A stretch of DNA of 45,462 nucleotides, taken from positions 1 to 45,462 of the forward strand of contig JANNEA010000033.1 of the NCBI GenBank assembly GCA_031388175.1, given 5' to 3'. Below the pieces are notes generated by a model, which ran no database searches, was not told the DNA's origin, and saw only the letters and a program-made list of their open reading frames with translations. The DNA comes from Gammaproteobacteria bacterium. Its GTDB lineage: Bacteria > Pseudomonadota > Gammaproteobacteria > Natronospirales > JANNEA01. This document shows, piece after piece, positions 45,269 through 45,462 of the stretch. The number at the start of each line of letters is the position of its first letter. Position 1 is the first letter of the stretch. The position numbers and the translations under genes are program-made.

Positions 45269-45462
45269 GCCGTCGCCGCCCGCCGCCGACCCAGCACCGG
45301 TTGTTCGTGCTCGACACCAACGTGCTGATGCACGACCCCTCGGCGATCTTCAAGTTCCAGGAGCACGACATCTTCCTGCCGATGGTCGTGCTCGAGGAGC
45401 TCGACGCGCACAAGAAGGGCGTCTCGGAATCCGCGCGCAACGTGCGCCAGGTGTCGCGCTTC
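45265..45462 (+). CDS. PIN-domain plus PhoH-like ATPase (PhoH2/YlaK type), 5' partial
   Basis: ATG overlaps the bcp stop (ATGA). 'LFVLDTNVLMHDPSAIFKFQEHDIFLPMVVLEELD' is the N-terminal PIN region of PhoH2-type proteins. The ORF runs off the window end. Confidence 0.75.
   Translation, partial: MSRRRPPPTQHRLFVLDTNVLMHDPSAIFKFQEHDIFLPMVVLEELDAHKKGVSESARNVRQVSRF

Overview
This is a 45.5-kb, very GC-rich chromosomal segment. It looks gammaproteobacterial, probably Xanthomonadales/Nevskiales-like. That placement is inferred from three synteny blocks: dapA/gcvR/bcp, orn/rsgA, and tRNA-Ser/SRP-RNA/dnaX/recR. I support about 44 protein genes, one tRNA-Ser(GGA) and one SRP (4.5S) RNA. I saw no transposase, integrase, prophage or CRISPR array.

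Gene packing is extreme. Many stop/start codons overlap (ATGA, GTGA, TGATG), and six convergent gene ends lie 15 nt or less apart or overlap. Many long antisense ORFs in the track are high-GC artefacts.

Main content, in order:
- TerC-family protein and an APC permease
- an orphan three-module protein (PUA/EVE-like + Ala-rich spacer + DUF3883-like)
- prc
- an MFP / DUF2884-like / RND / RND efflux operon behind an AT-rich operator
- a Rieske oxygenase coupled to an orphan coiled-coil protein
- Sel1-repeat protein and DUF1249 protein
- pgm
- a lower-GC islet carrying one lipoprotein gene
- ppsR and ppsA
- SDR / DUF5916-like / ALDH genes
- a seven-gene translationally coupled operon around an AlkB-type hydroxylase
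- EamA-family transporter, orn, M48 peptidase coupled to rsgA
- HIT / recR / dnaX, then ffs and tRNA-Ser
- a mini-lipoprotein and dapA
- gcvR, bcp and a partial PIN-PhoH gene

The best candidates for undescribed biology are:
1. the solitary reader / spacer / nuclease-fold protein at 2737..4545, whose predicted catalytic residues are substituted;
2. the seven-gene AlkB-centred operon at 31161..36224;
3. the Rieske oxygenase plus orphan coiled-coil pair at 15448..17678;
4. a 123-aa lipoprotein in the BamC position downstream of dapA.

All family assignments come from motif recognition by eye. No database searches were run.
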